DNA of 64,000 bases from Candidatus Woesearchaeota archaeon. GTDB taxonomy: Archaea; Nanobdellota; Nanobdellia; Woesearchaeales; JABGXB01. Positions 47,652 through 57,618 of this stretch are shown one piece after another (the first letter of the stretch is position 1; every line of letters starts with the position of its first letter). The stretch lies in assembly GCA_018675975.1 (NCBI GenBank), contig JABGXB010000003.1, positions 267,821 through 331,820 on the forward strand. The letters run 5' to 3'. The translations under genes were made by a program, and so were the position numbers. Under the pieces are notes generated by a model, which saw nothing but the letters and a program-made list of their open reading frames with translations, did not search any database and had not been told where the DNA came from.

Positions 47652-48346
47652 AACAATTAATATTTGATGCAGGTATAATTATTAATTTATCATTAAATAA
47701 TTTACTTTGGATTTTACCAAAATTAAAAAAACAATTTAATGGAGAATTTATTATACCAAATGCAGTTGAATATGAAATAATAACAAAACCATTACAAATA
47801 AAAAGATTTAAATTAGAGGCAATACAAGTTTTTAATCAAGTACAAAATAAAACTTTAACTATTTCAAATGATAAAAATATAAAACAAATTTATGATCAAA
47901 TAGATCAATTAGCAAATACATCTTTTTCTTGTAATGGACAAATAATTAAAATTATACATAGTGGTGAAATTAGTGTTATTGCCCATGCAATTAATCAAAA
48001 TGCTACTGCAGCAATTGATGAAAGAGCTATGAGAGAATTATTAGAAAATCCAAATGGTTTCTTAAAACATCTTAAAAAAAAATTAAAAAGAAATATACAA
48101 ATGGATAAAGAAAAAATTAAAAAATTAAAATCTTTAACTAAAAATATACAAATAATAAGAAGCAGTGAAATTGTTACAATTGCATATGATTTAGGATTAT
48201 TTAATTTTTATATTGAAAAAGGAATTGAAAAAATATTAAAACAACCAAAAAAACAATTATTAGACTCTTTATTATGGGGAACTAAATTAAGAGGATGTAG
48301 TATAACTGATAAAGAAATAGAATATATTGAAAAAAAAGAAGTATAA
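47648..48346 (+). CDS. PIN-like (DUF3368-type) nucleic-acid-binding protein
   Basis: N-terminal LIFDAGIIINL...FIIPNAVEYEI, then HSGEISVIAHAINQNATAAIDERAMREL. This follows the DUF3368/PIN pattern (D-[AS]-G...iP..V..E...GE...i.lA......D). Confidence 0.55.
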   Translation: MKQLIFDAGIIINLSLNNLLWILPKLKKQFNGEFIIPNAVEYEIITKPLQIKRFKLEAIQVFNQVQNKTLTISNDKNIKQIYDQIDQLANTSFSCNGQIIKIIHSGEISVIAHAINQNATAAIDERAMRELLENPNGFLKHLKKKLKRNIQMDKEKIKKLKSLTKNIQIIRSSEIVTIAYDLGLFNFYIEKGIEKILKQPKKQLLDSLLWGTKLRGCSITDKEIEYIEKKEV

Positions 48347-48347
48347 A

Positions 48348-49298
48348 TTAAATATCAGGTCTATCGAATTTCTTAGTTTTTGGTTTTTTTTCATTAAATT
48401 GAAATCTCTCAATTATATTTTCACCATCATTAGTATTCTTCATAACACCCCAGCCCGGAAATTTATTATCTTGATTGGCAGTATACATTTCTTTAATTTT
48501 AGGAATACCAAAACTCGGTGAATCCCCTTCAGCATTATCATATATATTTTTTAATTTATTTGCACTATACATAAAACTATTTTCTTGGCTTGAATTGTAA
48601 AAACCTTTTTTTAAATCTATTGAACCCGAAGATTCATATTCAGATTTTGAAACAAAATTATTAACTAAATTTTTATCTATTCCAGAATCAGTTAATTTTT
48701 TTATAATATCACTACGTAAATGTATATCCTCACCCACTTCATTAACTTGAACAACTTCATCAATATTAGGTTTAAAACCATCCATATCAATTTTAATTAG
48801 TTTAATAGGAGCATCTACTTCAATATTTTTTTGTTTAATTTCCTCATGTTCTATACTTTCTTCTTTTAAAATTTCAATACTATCTATATTTTTATTTTTT
48901 TCAAAATTTTTATTTTTATTTTCAACTATTTCATTATCCTTATATTTTTTTTTGAAAATAAACCTTTTTGCCTTTTCAATTAAATTAAATTTTTTATTAT
49001 AATCAATATAATTAGATTTATGTTCATTTTCACTTTGAGTTTTAAAATCAAACTCATAGTTAGGTTGATTTTGATTATTTGAATTAGAATTACTTGAAAA
49101 TATATTTAATAAATCCATTAAATTACCTATTTTTAATAATTTTTTAGGTTTATTTTCTTTAATATTGGAATTTTCATTTACTAAATCATCATTAAATTCA
49201 TTTTTACTATTTTTAATTAATTTTTTACTTTCTTTTACATTTTTTGTATTATTTTTTAATACTTTTTTTGATTTTTTTTTAATTAACATTTTTTCCAA
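48348..49298 (-). CDS. Hypothetical Lys/Asn-rich protein
   Basis: A 316 aa ORF. The N-terminal two thirds are low-complexity and the C-terminal ~120 aa look globular. No recognised family. Confidence 0.45.
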   Translation of the reverse strand: MEKMLIKKKSKKVLKNNTKNVKESKKLIKNSKNEFNDDLVNENSNIKENKPKKLLKIGNLMDLLNIFSSNSNSNNQNQPNYEFDFKTQSENEHKSNYIDYNKKFNLIEKAKRFIFKKKYKDNEIVENKNKNFEKNKNIDSIEILKEESIEHEEIKQKNIEVDAPIKLIKIDMDGFKPNIDEVVQVNEVGEDIHLRSDIIKKLTDSGIDKNLVNNFVSKSEYESSGSIDLKKGFYNSSQENSFMYSANKLKNIYDNAEGDSPSFGIPKIKEMYTANQDNKFPGWGVMKNTNDGENIIERFQFNEKKPKTKKFDRPDI

Positions 49299-49346
49299 AA
49301 TATAATAAAACCATTATTATTTAAATAATTAAGCATACGTTTATAA

Positions 49347-52064
49347 ATGAAAAATCTAATTTTATTAATATTGACAGGCCAAAAAAACATAATTAAAGTA
49401 GTGATAATACTAGCATTTTTGATGAGTATAGTGATTTTTTTAAATTACAGTCCATCATTAACAGGAAATTTAGTATATGACTCTAAAGCTTTGTTTAATG
49501 AATTTTTAGATGTTGAAATTTTAATTGGAGATAAAATAAATAAATTAACAGATCATATTGAAATAATTTTTGATGATGATATAGTGTTTAAAGGCAGTGT
49601 TCAAAATTTATTTGATGTTAAAGTAATTGTTGGAAGTAATAATTTATCAAGTTTTGAAGAAATAAAAGATTATACATTTAAAAATAATTTAAAAGGAAAT
49701 ATTTTAATTAAACCAGACTTAATAATTACATTAAATATCACAGGAAACAAAACTACAGCTCTTGATCAAAACAATTTAACTCTAACAAACATTACTTATT
49801 TTTTAAATTATAATGGAAGTCAATTAAATTTAGAGGAAAATGAATTTCAAATCATTGAAAATTATAAAAATCTTAATTCAAATTTAACTATTAATGAATA
49901 TTTAAATCAAACGAATAATACATTAAACGAACAAATATTAAATATAGTAAATCAAAATGAATTTAGTTTATCTAATCAAAGTAATTCTTTTAATATTATA
50001 GTACCAGCATCAATTATACAACAAAAATATAATAATATAATAAATATAAGTGAAAATAGTAATTTAAACAATTTAGTAAATGTAAGTATTGATGAATATG
50101 ATTGGAATATAACAAAATTATCGCATACAATTGAATCTAATAATGATAATATTATTTTAGGTAACTTAAAAATACAAGAAATTTATTTTGATTCAGTAAA
50201 TCCATCAATTGTATTTAATAATAATACAATCAATATAAATGAAAATAAAATTAGTGCAGAGTTTATACTAACTTTAGATGACGTTCAATTAAAATTTGCA
50301 AATTTAAAAAATATTGAAAATACAGTGAATTATTCTAATGATATAATAAGTAATTTATTAGAAAACAATTTGAACTGGTATGAAATTAGTCAAATTAATG
50401 GTGAATTTATTTCAGAGGATACAAATTTAGATTATGAAGTTCAAAAAATAAATGATTTTGATTATATAATTAATGGAACTAAAGACACATTATTTTTTGA
50501 TTTTTCAAATTTAAGTATTAATACAAGAGAATTTGACTATAAAAGTAATTCAGACACATTAGGTAAAAAGAATTTCACATTAAAAGTTACTATTGATAAA
50601 AATACTAAACAATATGATTATACAATTGACTTAGCCACATCATGTCAAGAAAATTGGGTTTGCAAACCAGGAACTTGTTTAGCTGACAATACACAAAAGA
50701 ATAATTGTATTGACGAGAATGGATGCGGTACACAATTTTTAAAACCAGTTGAAACCAAAGCCTGTGTTTATAGTTGTACTCAAAATTGGAATTGTACTGA
50801 ATTTAGTCAATGTAATGAATTAAATTTTCAATTTAGAGTTTGTACTGATAAAAATAATTGTCAAAAATATAATAATACTGCAACTAAACTAATTGAAAAA
50901 GAAAAATTAAGTGAAATTCAAAGTTGTAAAGATAATTGTAATGAAGACTGGAGATGTACATCTTGGTCTTCCTGTTCTAAAGATCAAATATATAGAAGTT
51001 GTACTGATAAAAATACATGTGGAAGTGAAATATTAAAACCCAAAGTCGAAGCAAGTTGTAATGAAATAGTCGATGATCAATATTTAAAAATTTATGAAAA
51101 ATTCTTAGAATCTGAAAATTATGTTAATTTATTAAATCCAAAAAAAAATGAAAAAACAGCAAAAAATACATTGATTGAAAAAAAAGAAGAAAAAAAAGAA
51201 ACGAAAACAGAAAATAGATTAGTTGGTTTTTCAATAAAAGAAGAAGATAATTCAACATCTAGCGGAAAAATTATTATTTTTGTATTAATTGCAATGGGAG
51301 TATTATCATTTACATTTAATGAAAGGGGAAATATAAAACAATTTGTTGGTGAAAGTAATAAAAAAGAATATTTTAAAAATTATTTGAATATTAAAAAACA
51401 AAAAGTTTTACAATTATTTAATAGAAATAATGATGAAAATAATCAAAACAATCAAGAGAATAATCAATTTAATAATTTAAGTTATAATTATTCAAACAAT
51501 ATACAAAGTTCTAATATGGATAATAATGTTAATAATAATGATACAAATAACAATTCAGACAATCAAAATAATTTTAATCAAAATATAAAAATTAATAATT
51601 ATAATCCGAATAATCAATCTCAACAATTAAATTCATACTTAAATTATTATCAAAAATTAGGATATAATGATTATCAAATTAAAAGTTTTTTAATGCAAAA
51701 AGGATACAATTTAAGTCAAATAAATGGTTCATTTAATAGTCAATTAGGTCAAAATAATAATGAGAATAATAATATAAAAAAAGAATTTCATTTTGCAACA
51801 GCCGAGAGTAATAAAAAAACTCATCAAATTACAGTTAATAAAAATATATTTAATAATGCATTAGGGCTATTAAAAAATGATTTTGGAATTGCAAAAGCAC
51901 CAACATCTTTAGTTGCAAAAAGAAATTTTTCATTTACTATATCTCTTATTGAAAAAAATGTAGATGAAAATACTATAATTGAAATATTAAAAAAAAAAGA
52001 CATTAGTGAATCAAATGCATTAGAATTAATTGATAGAGCTAAAGAAAAATTAAATAAATTCTAA
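49347..52064 (+). CDS. Large membrane-spanning protein: ectodomain with three Cys-rich repeats, TM segment, Asn/Gln-rich cytoplasmic tail
   Basis: There is an N-terminal TM segment. Three Cys-rich repeats follow: CQENWVCKPGTC...C...C, CTQNWNCTEFSQC...C...C and CNEDWRCTSWSSC...C...C. A second TM segment (IIIFVLIAMGVLSF) is followed by a long N/Q-rich tract. Confidence 0.6.
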   Translation: MKNLILLILTGQKNIIKVVIILAFLMSIVIFLNYSPSLTGNLVYDSKALFNEFLDVEILIGDKINKLTDHIEIIFDDDIVFKGSVQNLFDVKVIVGSNNLSSFEEIKDYTFKNNLKGNILIKPDLIITLNITGNKTTALDQNNLTLTNITYFLNYNGSQLNLEENEFQIIENYKNLNSNLTINEYLNQTNNTLNEQILNIVNQNEFSLSNQSNSFNIIVPASIIQQKYNNIINISENSNLNNLVNVSIDEYDWNITKLSHTIESNNDNIILGNLKIQEIYFDSVNPSIVFNNNTININENKISAEFILTLDDVQLKFANLKNIENTVNYSNDIISNLLENNLNWYEISQINGEFISEDTNLDYEVQKINDFDYIINGTKDTLFFDFSNLSINTREFDYKSNSDTLGKKNFTLKVTIDKNTKQYDYTIDLATSCQENWVCKPGTCLADNTQKNNCIDENGCGTQFLKPVETKACVYSCTQNWNCTEFSQCNELNFQFRVCTDKNNCQKYNNTATKLIEKEKLSEIQSCKDNCNEDWRCTSWSSCSKDQIYRSCTDKNTCGSEILKPKVEASCNEIVDDQYLKIYEKFLESENYVNLLNPKKNEKTAKNTLIEKKEEKKETKTENRLVGFSIKEEDNSTSSGKIIIFVLIAMGVLSFTFNERGNIKQFVGESNKKEYFKNYLNIKKQKVLQLFNRNNDENNQNNQENNQFNNLSYNYSNNIQSSNMDNNVNNNDTNNNSDNQNNFNQNIKINNYNPNNQSQQLNSYLNYYQKLGYNDYQIKSFLMQKGYNLSQINGSFNSQLGQNNNENNNIKKEFHFATAESNKKTHQITVNKNIFNNALGLLKNDFGIAKAPTSLVAKRNFSFTISLIEKNVDENTIIEILKKKDISESNALELIDRAKEKLNKF

Positions 52065-52777
52065 TTCCATATTGCAATCAAACAAACATTTTTATTAAGA
52101 AATATTTTTTTACTATTTTTAAATTGCTTTAAATTATTAACTTCAATTTCAAAATCAAACATTGATAATTTTTTGGAATTTAAAATATATATCAAACCTC
52201 TATATCCTGGATTTGTAACAATAGAATTTTTTAATTGATCATGTAATTCTTCACCTTCATGAATATGTCCAGAAAATGATATTTCAATATTATTATTTGA
52301 TATAAAATTTGAAAAATCTTTATTACCAACATAATTTGTAATTTTAATATCAAGTAATGTACCAAATGGAGGTCCATGTATCATTAATACTTCATATAAT
52401 TTTTTTTTATTTTTTTTTATTTCTAAATTCGCAAATTTTAAAAATTCAGCATCTTTTTGTGCAAACCCACCACCACCATAACCAATAATAAACAAATCTT
52501 TGAATATTACTGATTTTTTATGAATAAAAATTAAATTTTTAAAATCTTTAATATCATTTTTAGCAGTATTTAACATTTCATGATTACCATGAATAATATA
52601 AGTTTTAACACTATAATCATTTAAAATTTTTAATGATTCTTTGCTTCCTTGACCAAACCAAGAATAGTCCCCACAACATAAACAAACTTCAGCACCATAT
52701 TTTTTAATTAATTTCCCTGCCGTTTTCATTGCATCAATTTCTACATGCATATCAGTTATTGCATAAATAATTCTCAT
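52061..52777 (-). CDS. Calcineurin-like metallophosphoesterase
   Basis: Motifs TDMH, GDYSW, GNHE and GHIHE, in the canonical order. Confidence 0.8.
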   Translation of the reverse strand: MRIIYAITDMHVEIDAMKTAGKLIKKYGAEVCLCCGDYSWFGQGSKESLKILNDYSVKTYIIHGNHEMLNTAKNDIKDFKNLIFIHKKSVIFKDLFIIGYGGGGFAQKDAEFLKFANLEIKKNKKKLYEVLMIHGPPFGTLLDIKITNYVGNKDFSNFISNNNIEISFSGHIHEGEELHDQLKNSIVTNPGYRGLIYILNSKKLSMFDFEIEVNNLKQFKNSKKIFLNKNVCLIAIWN

Positions 52778-52795
52778 ATCACTATTATAATAAAA

Positions 52796-53125
52796 TTATT
52801 TATAAGGTTTATCCGAATAATAAGAAAAATCATTATTCGTACTATTTTTACTTTTCACATTTGAATAATGATCCAATATTTCATTTAATGATTTATTTAA
52901 ATCACTATTATTACTTTCTTGATTTAATTTTTTAGATTCAATTAAATCATTAATACTAATATCATTTTTTTTATATTCTATAATTTCTTTTATTGAGTAA
53001 ACAATAGTTTTTTCTACTAGTTTATATATAAAATCCTCAATTAAATAATTAAAAGTTAGATGAGTAAAAATAGATGCTGATATTAAACCAGTAACTATTT
53101 TTACCTTTTTACCATTTAACTTCAT
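52796..53125 (-). CDS. Hypothetical small membrane-anchored protein
   Basis: A 109 aa protein with one N-terminal hydrophobic segment. It overlaps the upstream Lrp gene by 17 bp. Confidence 0.4.
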   Translation of the reverse strand: MKLNGKKVKIVTGLISASIFTHLTFNYLIEDFIYKLVEKTIVYSIKEIIEYKKNDISINDLIESKKLNQESNNSDLNKSLNEILDHYSNVKSKNSTNNDFSYYSDKPYK

Positions 53126-53600
53126 TTTCTATCAATAATCCAGATATTAAATCAGGATTTGAAAAAAAATCTTCCTTTTTTATATCACCCATTAAATAAA
53201 ATACTTCTTTTTTTTTTATTTTTGTATTTAATTCTAATTTTTCTATAAAATCCTCTAATGCATTCATATCCTTACAAATAATTTCTAATGTAACATCATA
53301 TCCATTATTTATTCTAGATAAAGAATTTACAAAAATGCTTTTAGTCAAATAATTCAAACCTTCATTTTTATTTTCAGGCTTAAATTTAATTAATAGCATT
53401 GCCTTAATATTAAAGCCTATATAAGAGAAATCTACTATACAGGTATGTTTTAGTATAAATTTACTAAAATTATTACGTAAAGACTCAAAAATGGTTGATA
53501 CAGGCACATGAGTCTTCCTAGATAGATTAGTTAATTTCTCTCTATTGTTTTTCCTCAATAAAGCTAATAGTTTTAGTTTTTTTTGATCCATTGTTATCAC
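53109..53600 (-). CDS. Lrp/AsnC family transcriptional regulator
   Basis: An N-terminal HTH (LLALLRKNNREKLTNLSRKTHVPVSTIFESL) is followed by a RAM-like ligand domain. About 160 aa. Confidence 0.75.
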   Translation of the reverse strand: MITMDQKKLKLLALLRKNNREKLTNLSRKTHVPVSTIFESLRNNFSKFILKHTCIVDFSYIGFNIKAMLLIKFKPENKNEGLNYLTKSIFVNSLSRINNGYDVTLEIICKDMNALEDFIEKLELNTKIKKKEVFYLMGDIKKEDFFSNPDLISGLLIENEVKW

Positions 53601-53706
53601 AATATCCCTTAAGCAATACTTTGCTATATATTTAGGTAAATAAAGAATTCTTATAATAATTTAATCAGCTGAATTTATTTTCAGCAAAATATTTAAACTA
53701 GATTTA

Positions 53707-54375
53707 TTGACTAAAATTATGTTAGAAGAATTTAATGATCAAATACCGTTTTATAATTATTTAGATATAATAAAAGAATATTATGATAATGATTTTGAAA
53801 AAGAATTTGTAAATAAAAAATCTAAAGAATTAAATAAATTATATGGAACTAAAAAAATTGAATTACCTTTAAATTTAATTAAGCAAAATAAACTTTATAT
53901 TTTTCAAAATAGTAATTTAGAATTAATATTTTTAGAATTATTAAAAAATCATTTAAACAAAGTAAAAATTGTAGTTGAAATTAATAAACAAGAAATTGCA
54001 TATTTACAAGGATTTTTATCTAATTATTCTATTGAAAAAATATGTAAAATATTATCATTTGGAGATGAACTACAATATTCAAGAGTATTAGATTTAGCAA
54101 AATATGGACATTTCCCTCAAATTAATTTAGTTATTGATTTAGATTATTCAAAAGTAGTAGATTTTTTTAAAATAATAAATTTACTATATTTATTAGGTGC
54201 AAATACATCTTTTGGTTTTTACGAGGATAAAAAGAAAATTGCTATTATAGACTACTCTTATACATTAATATTTAATACAGATTTTTTTAATAAAAATATT
54301 TTAAATAAAGTAATTAATAATATAAAAAATAAAATACCAAAATTTCCAATAAATTTATTTGGACATGAAGAATAA
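53707..54375 (+). CDS. Hypothetical protein
   Basis: A 222 aa ORF with a TTG start in the track; ATG at 53719 is an alternative. No recognised family. Confidence 0.45.
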   Translation: MTKIMLEEFNDQIPFYNYLDIIKEYYDNDFEKEFVNKKSKELNKLYGTKKIELPLNLIKQNKLYIFQNSNLELIFLELLKNHLNKVKIVVEINKQEIAYLQGFLSNYSIEKICKILSFGDELQYSRVLDLAKYGHFPQINLVIDLDYSKVVDFFKIINLLYLLGANTSFGFYEDKKKIAIIDYSYTLIFNTDFFNKNILNKVINNIKNKIPKFPINLFGHEE

Positions 54376-55006
54376 AATGAAAATCCATATTGGAAGTAAT
54401 AATAATAATTTAGCAAAAGATTTTATTGAAATAGATTCAACATTTGAAAGATTAAGCCCAATTAATTATTATAAAAAAATAATAAATTCCAATCCTAATA
54501 AAAAATTTATAATAAAAGCAAATAAAGAAATAACACATTTTAATTTTATAAAAAATTTATCATTTGTAGATTCTCAAGAAGAAATCATATTAGATAAAAA
54601 AGGACCAAGTTCAATATTATTACATAAATTTAAACAAATATGTGATTTATTTAATGACAAATTATTATTTATATTATTTAAATTCCCTTATGGTTTTAAA
54701 AACACATTTCAAAATAGAGAGTTTTTATTTAAATTAAATAAAATATTCAATACACCAATAGCATTTGAATTTGAAAATAAAGAATTTGAAAATTATTATA
54801 ATGAATTTAATCAACTCAATATAATAATAGTAAATAAAAATTCAAACATTTGTGGAAATTTTATTCAAAATTTAGATATCCATAATATGAATTATAAAAC
54901 TAATTTAAATAATCTATATTTGATGATAAATAGTCAAGAAGAATTAAATATTGCCACAAAAATAATTGAAAAATACAAAAATCAAAGCACTATTAGCAAT
55001 TTTTGA
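54359..55006 (+). CDS. Possible DUF72 (UPF0759) family protein
   Basis: The segment FIEIDSTFERLSPINYYKK...KFIIKANKEITH resembles the DUF72 pattern (F..vE.N.tFY..p.....F.F.vKa...iTH). It is shorter than typical members. Confidence 0.45.
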   Translation: MDMKNKMKIHIGSNNNNLAKDFIEIDSTFERLSPINYYKKIINSNPNKKFIIKANKEITHFNFIKNLSFVDSQEEIILDKKGPSSILLHKFKQICDLFNDKLLFILFKFPYGFKNTFQNREFLFKLNKIFNTPIAFEFENKEFENYYNEFNQLNIIIVNKNSNICGNFIQNLDIHNMNYKTNLNNLYLMINSQEELNIATKIIEKYKNQSTISNF

Positions 55007-55064
55007 TTTAAAAAAATAAAAATAATCAAAACACTTAAAAACCACATAATTTTTTGTCAATTAA

Positions 55065-55137
55065 AGTCCCGTAGTGTAGTGGCCTATCATCGTGCCCTTT
55101 GGAGGCGCGGACCCCGGTTCAAATCCGGGCGGGACTA
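55065..55137 (+). tRNA. tRNA-Gln (TTG)
   Basis: A 73 nt cloverleaf: acceptor AGTCCCG/CGGGACT with A1:U72, anticodon stem GTGCC/GGCGC with loop CTTTGGA, T-arm CCCGG-TTCAAAT-CCGGG, and discriminator A. Confidence 0.9.
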
Positions 55138-55179
55138 CTTTTTATTCTCAAATAATTTTCCAGAAACATATTGGAAATA

Positions 55180-55189
55180 CTTATAAATA
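55180..55189 (+). promoter_or_regulatory. Candidate TATA box (cttataaata) for the 499 aa orphan gene
   Basis: The consensus TATA word lies about 75-80 nt upstream of the ATG at 55264. That implies an unusually long leader for this genome. Confidence 0.4.
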
Positions 55190-55206
55190 AAAAATTATTT
55201 CAAATA

Positions 55207-55216
55207 GTGATATCAC
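55207..55216. promoter_or_regulatory. Perfect 10 bp palindrome gtgatatcac at the predicted transcription start
   Basis: It lies about 20-25 nt downstream of the TATA word, where archaeal repressors typically bind. Confidence 0.35.
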
Positions 55217-55263
55217 CACTAAATGGGTACGATATGATGGAAACAATAAACTTGAATTAAAAA

Positions 55264-56763
55264 ATGAATAAATTATACTCAGCAATATTTGCAGTGTCCA
55301 GATCTACAAATTTGGATACTATTTTAGATTCTACTAGAAGATGGATTGCAAACAGTCCACACAATAATATTACAATTGATAGATTAAAAGATTTAGGAAG
55401 AGACGACTTTTTTGTAGAAGATGAAATAGATGATAGAACAATAACTATAACATCACAAAATATTATGAGCGATCAAGAATATTACACTTCATCCAAGCAA
55501 AGAGTTGCAAATAGTGTTGGTACATATACATCAGAATTAACACTTAAAGAATCTTATGGATTAGACACTATTGTTTCTTTACAAATTTATTTTGAAGGAA
55601 ATGTTATAAAACCATTTTTCAAACCAAGTCTATTGCCTTATTTTATCCTTAAGGATTCAAAAAAAGCATTTGATGGTAAAATTCTTAATATTCAAGGTGA
55701 ATATCATTTGTCTAAAAAAGGAAGTGAAAAATTTTTAGCCGAAGTATTAAATAATGAAAGTGAAAATAAATTGCCAGTGATATATGTTAGTAAAAATGAT
55801 CAAAATGAATGGGAACTAAATCCAACTTATTTAGCAAAAACTTTATCTGGTTTAGCACATGTAATTTGTGAAGATGATAAAGACTCAAAATTTATTTTAA
55901 AAGAATTATGTGATGGAAATAATTGTTATGATGGTGCTGTTGGAGTTTATAATCCAAACGGTATGCGTTTATTTTTTTTAAAAGATAATGATTACAGTCA
56001 CATTCTTGGAGACGTAACAAAAGAATTAAATTTTGAAGATAAAATTATTCACTATATTAATTCATTATCCAAATATAAAACAACACCAACTAATTTAACA
56101 TATTCAGCAGTTAATAGAATACAACAAGCAGAAAGAATAAATTTTTTAAAAAATGAACTCGCCAATAGAAAAGGTAATGAAAAAAATGAAAATATATTTG
56201 AAGAATTGTGTGTTTTATTAGAAAAAGATAAAGAAGTTTTAATCAGAGATAATGATGCAACATTAGATGAACTTCAAGAAAGATTAGATGAATGTCAATC
56301 TTTAAGATCTAAAATTGAATTTCTATCACAACAACAAAATCAAAATGGAACTCCATCTGAATTTTTTGGTAATATGAGTGATATTCAAAGACTTCACCCT
56401 GAAGAATTTAATGACTATATAATTAGTTTAGTAAAAAAAGATTATGAAAGTATTAAAACTCAAGATGACACAAGAAAAATACAATTTACTAAAAGATTTT
56501 TAGAAGAAAACCCAAGATCTGGTAATACCCCATTAGAAGAAATAAGAAAAAGTTTATCTCAAATTAATGGTAAAACTATTGCTAAAAGTGATTTAAATTT
56601 TTTAAATCAATTTGGATTTATTGTTGGTCAAGGATCAAATCATTATAAAATAACCATCCCAGGTTATAGTGGTTTTTGGACAATGCCAAGTACTCCAAGT
56701 GATAAAAGATCATTAAAAAATAATTTATCTGGTTTTATTAATAAATTCTTTTTATCTAAATAA
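55264..56763 (+). CDS. Hypothetical multidomain protein (N-terminal beta-rich domain, Rossmann-like segment, coiled coil, C-terminal small alpha/beta domain)
   Basis: A 499 aa intact ORF with a LPVIYVS...LAHVICEDD beta-alpha-beta segment and a coiled coil at about residues 285-365. The C-terminus GQGSNHYKITIPGYSGFWTMPSTPSDKRSLKNNLSGFINKF faintly recalls the HicA/YcfA layout. No family assigned. Confidence 0.6.
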   Translation: MNKLYSAIFAVSRSTNLDTILDSTRRWIANSPHNNITIDRLKDLGRDDFFVEDEIDDRTITITSQNIMSDQEYYTSSKQRVANSVGTYTSELTLKESYGLDTIVSLQIYFEGNVIKPFFKPSLLPYFILKDSKKAFDGKILNIQGEYHLSKKGSEKFLAEVLNNESENKLPVIYVSKNDQNEWELNPTYLAKTLSGLAHVICEDDKDSKFILKELCDGNNCYDGAVGVYNPNGMRLFFLKDNDYSHILGDVTKELNFEDKIIHYINSLSKYKTTPTNLTYSAVNRIQQAERINFLKNELANRKGNEKNENIFEELCVLLEKDKEVLIRDNDATLDELQERLDECQSLRSKIEFLSQQQNQNGTPSEFFGNMSDIQRLHPEEFNDYIISLVKKDYESIKTQDDTRKIQFTKRFLEENPRSGNTPLEEIRKSLSQINGKTIAKSDLNFLNQFGFIVGQGSNHYKITIPGYSGFWTMPSTPSDKRSLKNNLSGFINKFFLSK

Positions 56764-56783
56764 ACAAAAAAATAAATAAAAAA

Positions 56784-57479
56784 TTAATCATTGTTTTTTA
56801 TAATTTCAAAATCTCTCAAATTCTTATCATAAAAAATTGAAGATCCTTTAGCAAGTGCATGATAAGGAAAACTACACCCTCCTAAAAATGAAACCTCTAA
56901 ATCTCCTTCAGTTCCTTTTTCCATTATTTCGTTTAAACCAGAATTATTGCAAACACCAGTAAAAACAGGATTAACATCTTTACGCATATTTGATCTATAA
57001 GTATTTAATATTTCAATTGCAGCAGTACTTTTTTTAACACTTTTTGCTAAACTAAATAATAATTGACCACCTTCTGTAGAAACTAAATAAATATCACCCG
57101 GAGTGGATCTATATTTTAATGATCCTAATACAAAATGTTCATTTAAAATAGCAGAAGAATCCAAACCTGGAAAATTCATCATAAAAGAATCAATTTCTTG
57201 TTCTCCTAACAAGTCATCAAAATCTTTAACATTTTTAGTCTTCCCAACTAAAGAGTAAGAATTCAATCCATTATGTGAACTTAATAATTGTAAATTATTT
57301 CTTTCTAAAGTTTCATCAGTAATTCCTTTTATTACTAAATCTTTAGCTATTCTTGCACAAGGAGTTATGTATTTTTCAACACTTCCATCTAGTTTTGGCA
57401 CCATAACCAAGGAATCAACCATCATTCCTACTGTCTCATCCTCAAACCTATGACTATATAATATTAAATCTCTTTTCAT
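56784..57479 (-). CDS. Hypothetical protein
   Basis: A 231 aa intact ORF, convergent with the 499 aa gene (20 bp gap). It looks globular and not low-complexity. No recognised motif. Confidence 0.55.
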   Translation of the reverse strand: MKRDLILYSHRFEDETVGMMVDSLVMVPKLDGSVEKYITPCARIAKDLVIKGITDETLERNNLQLLSSHNGLNSYSLVGKTKNVKDFDDLLGEQEIDSFMMNFPGLDSSAILNEHFVLGSLKYRSTPGDIYLVSTEGGQLLFSLAKSVKKSTAAIEILNTYRSNMRKDVNPVFTGVCNNSGLNEIMEKGTEGDLEVSFLGGCSFPYHALAKGSSIFYDKNLRDFEIIKNND

Positions 57480-57618
57480 TGTAAAAAAAATAAAGATATC
57501 TCATTGATAAAATAAATCGATTTTTTAATATAAATTAATTCAAAAATACCAATTAAAACTATAGTTTACAAAATATATTCATTTATAAAACAAAAAAATC
57601 ACTAAAAAGTGGTTACAA

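Noticed and set aside
48327-48521. 64 aa plus-strand ORF
   Set aside because: It is antisense to the 3' end of the 316 aa gene and overlaps the end of the PIN-like gene. There is no supporting signal.
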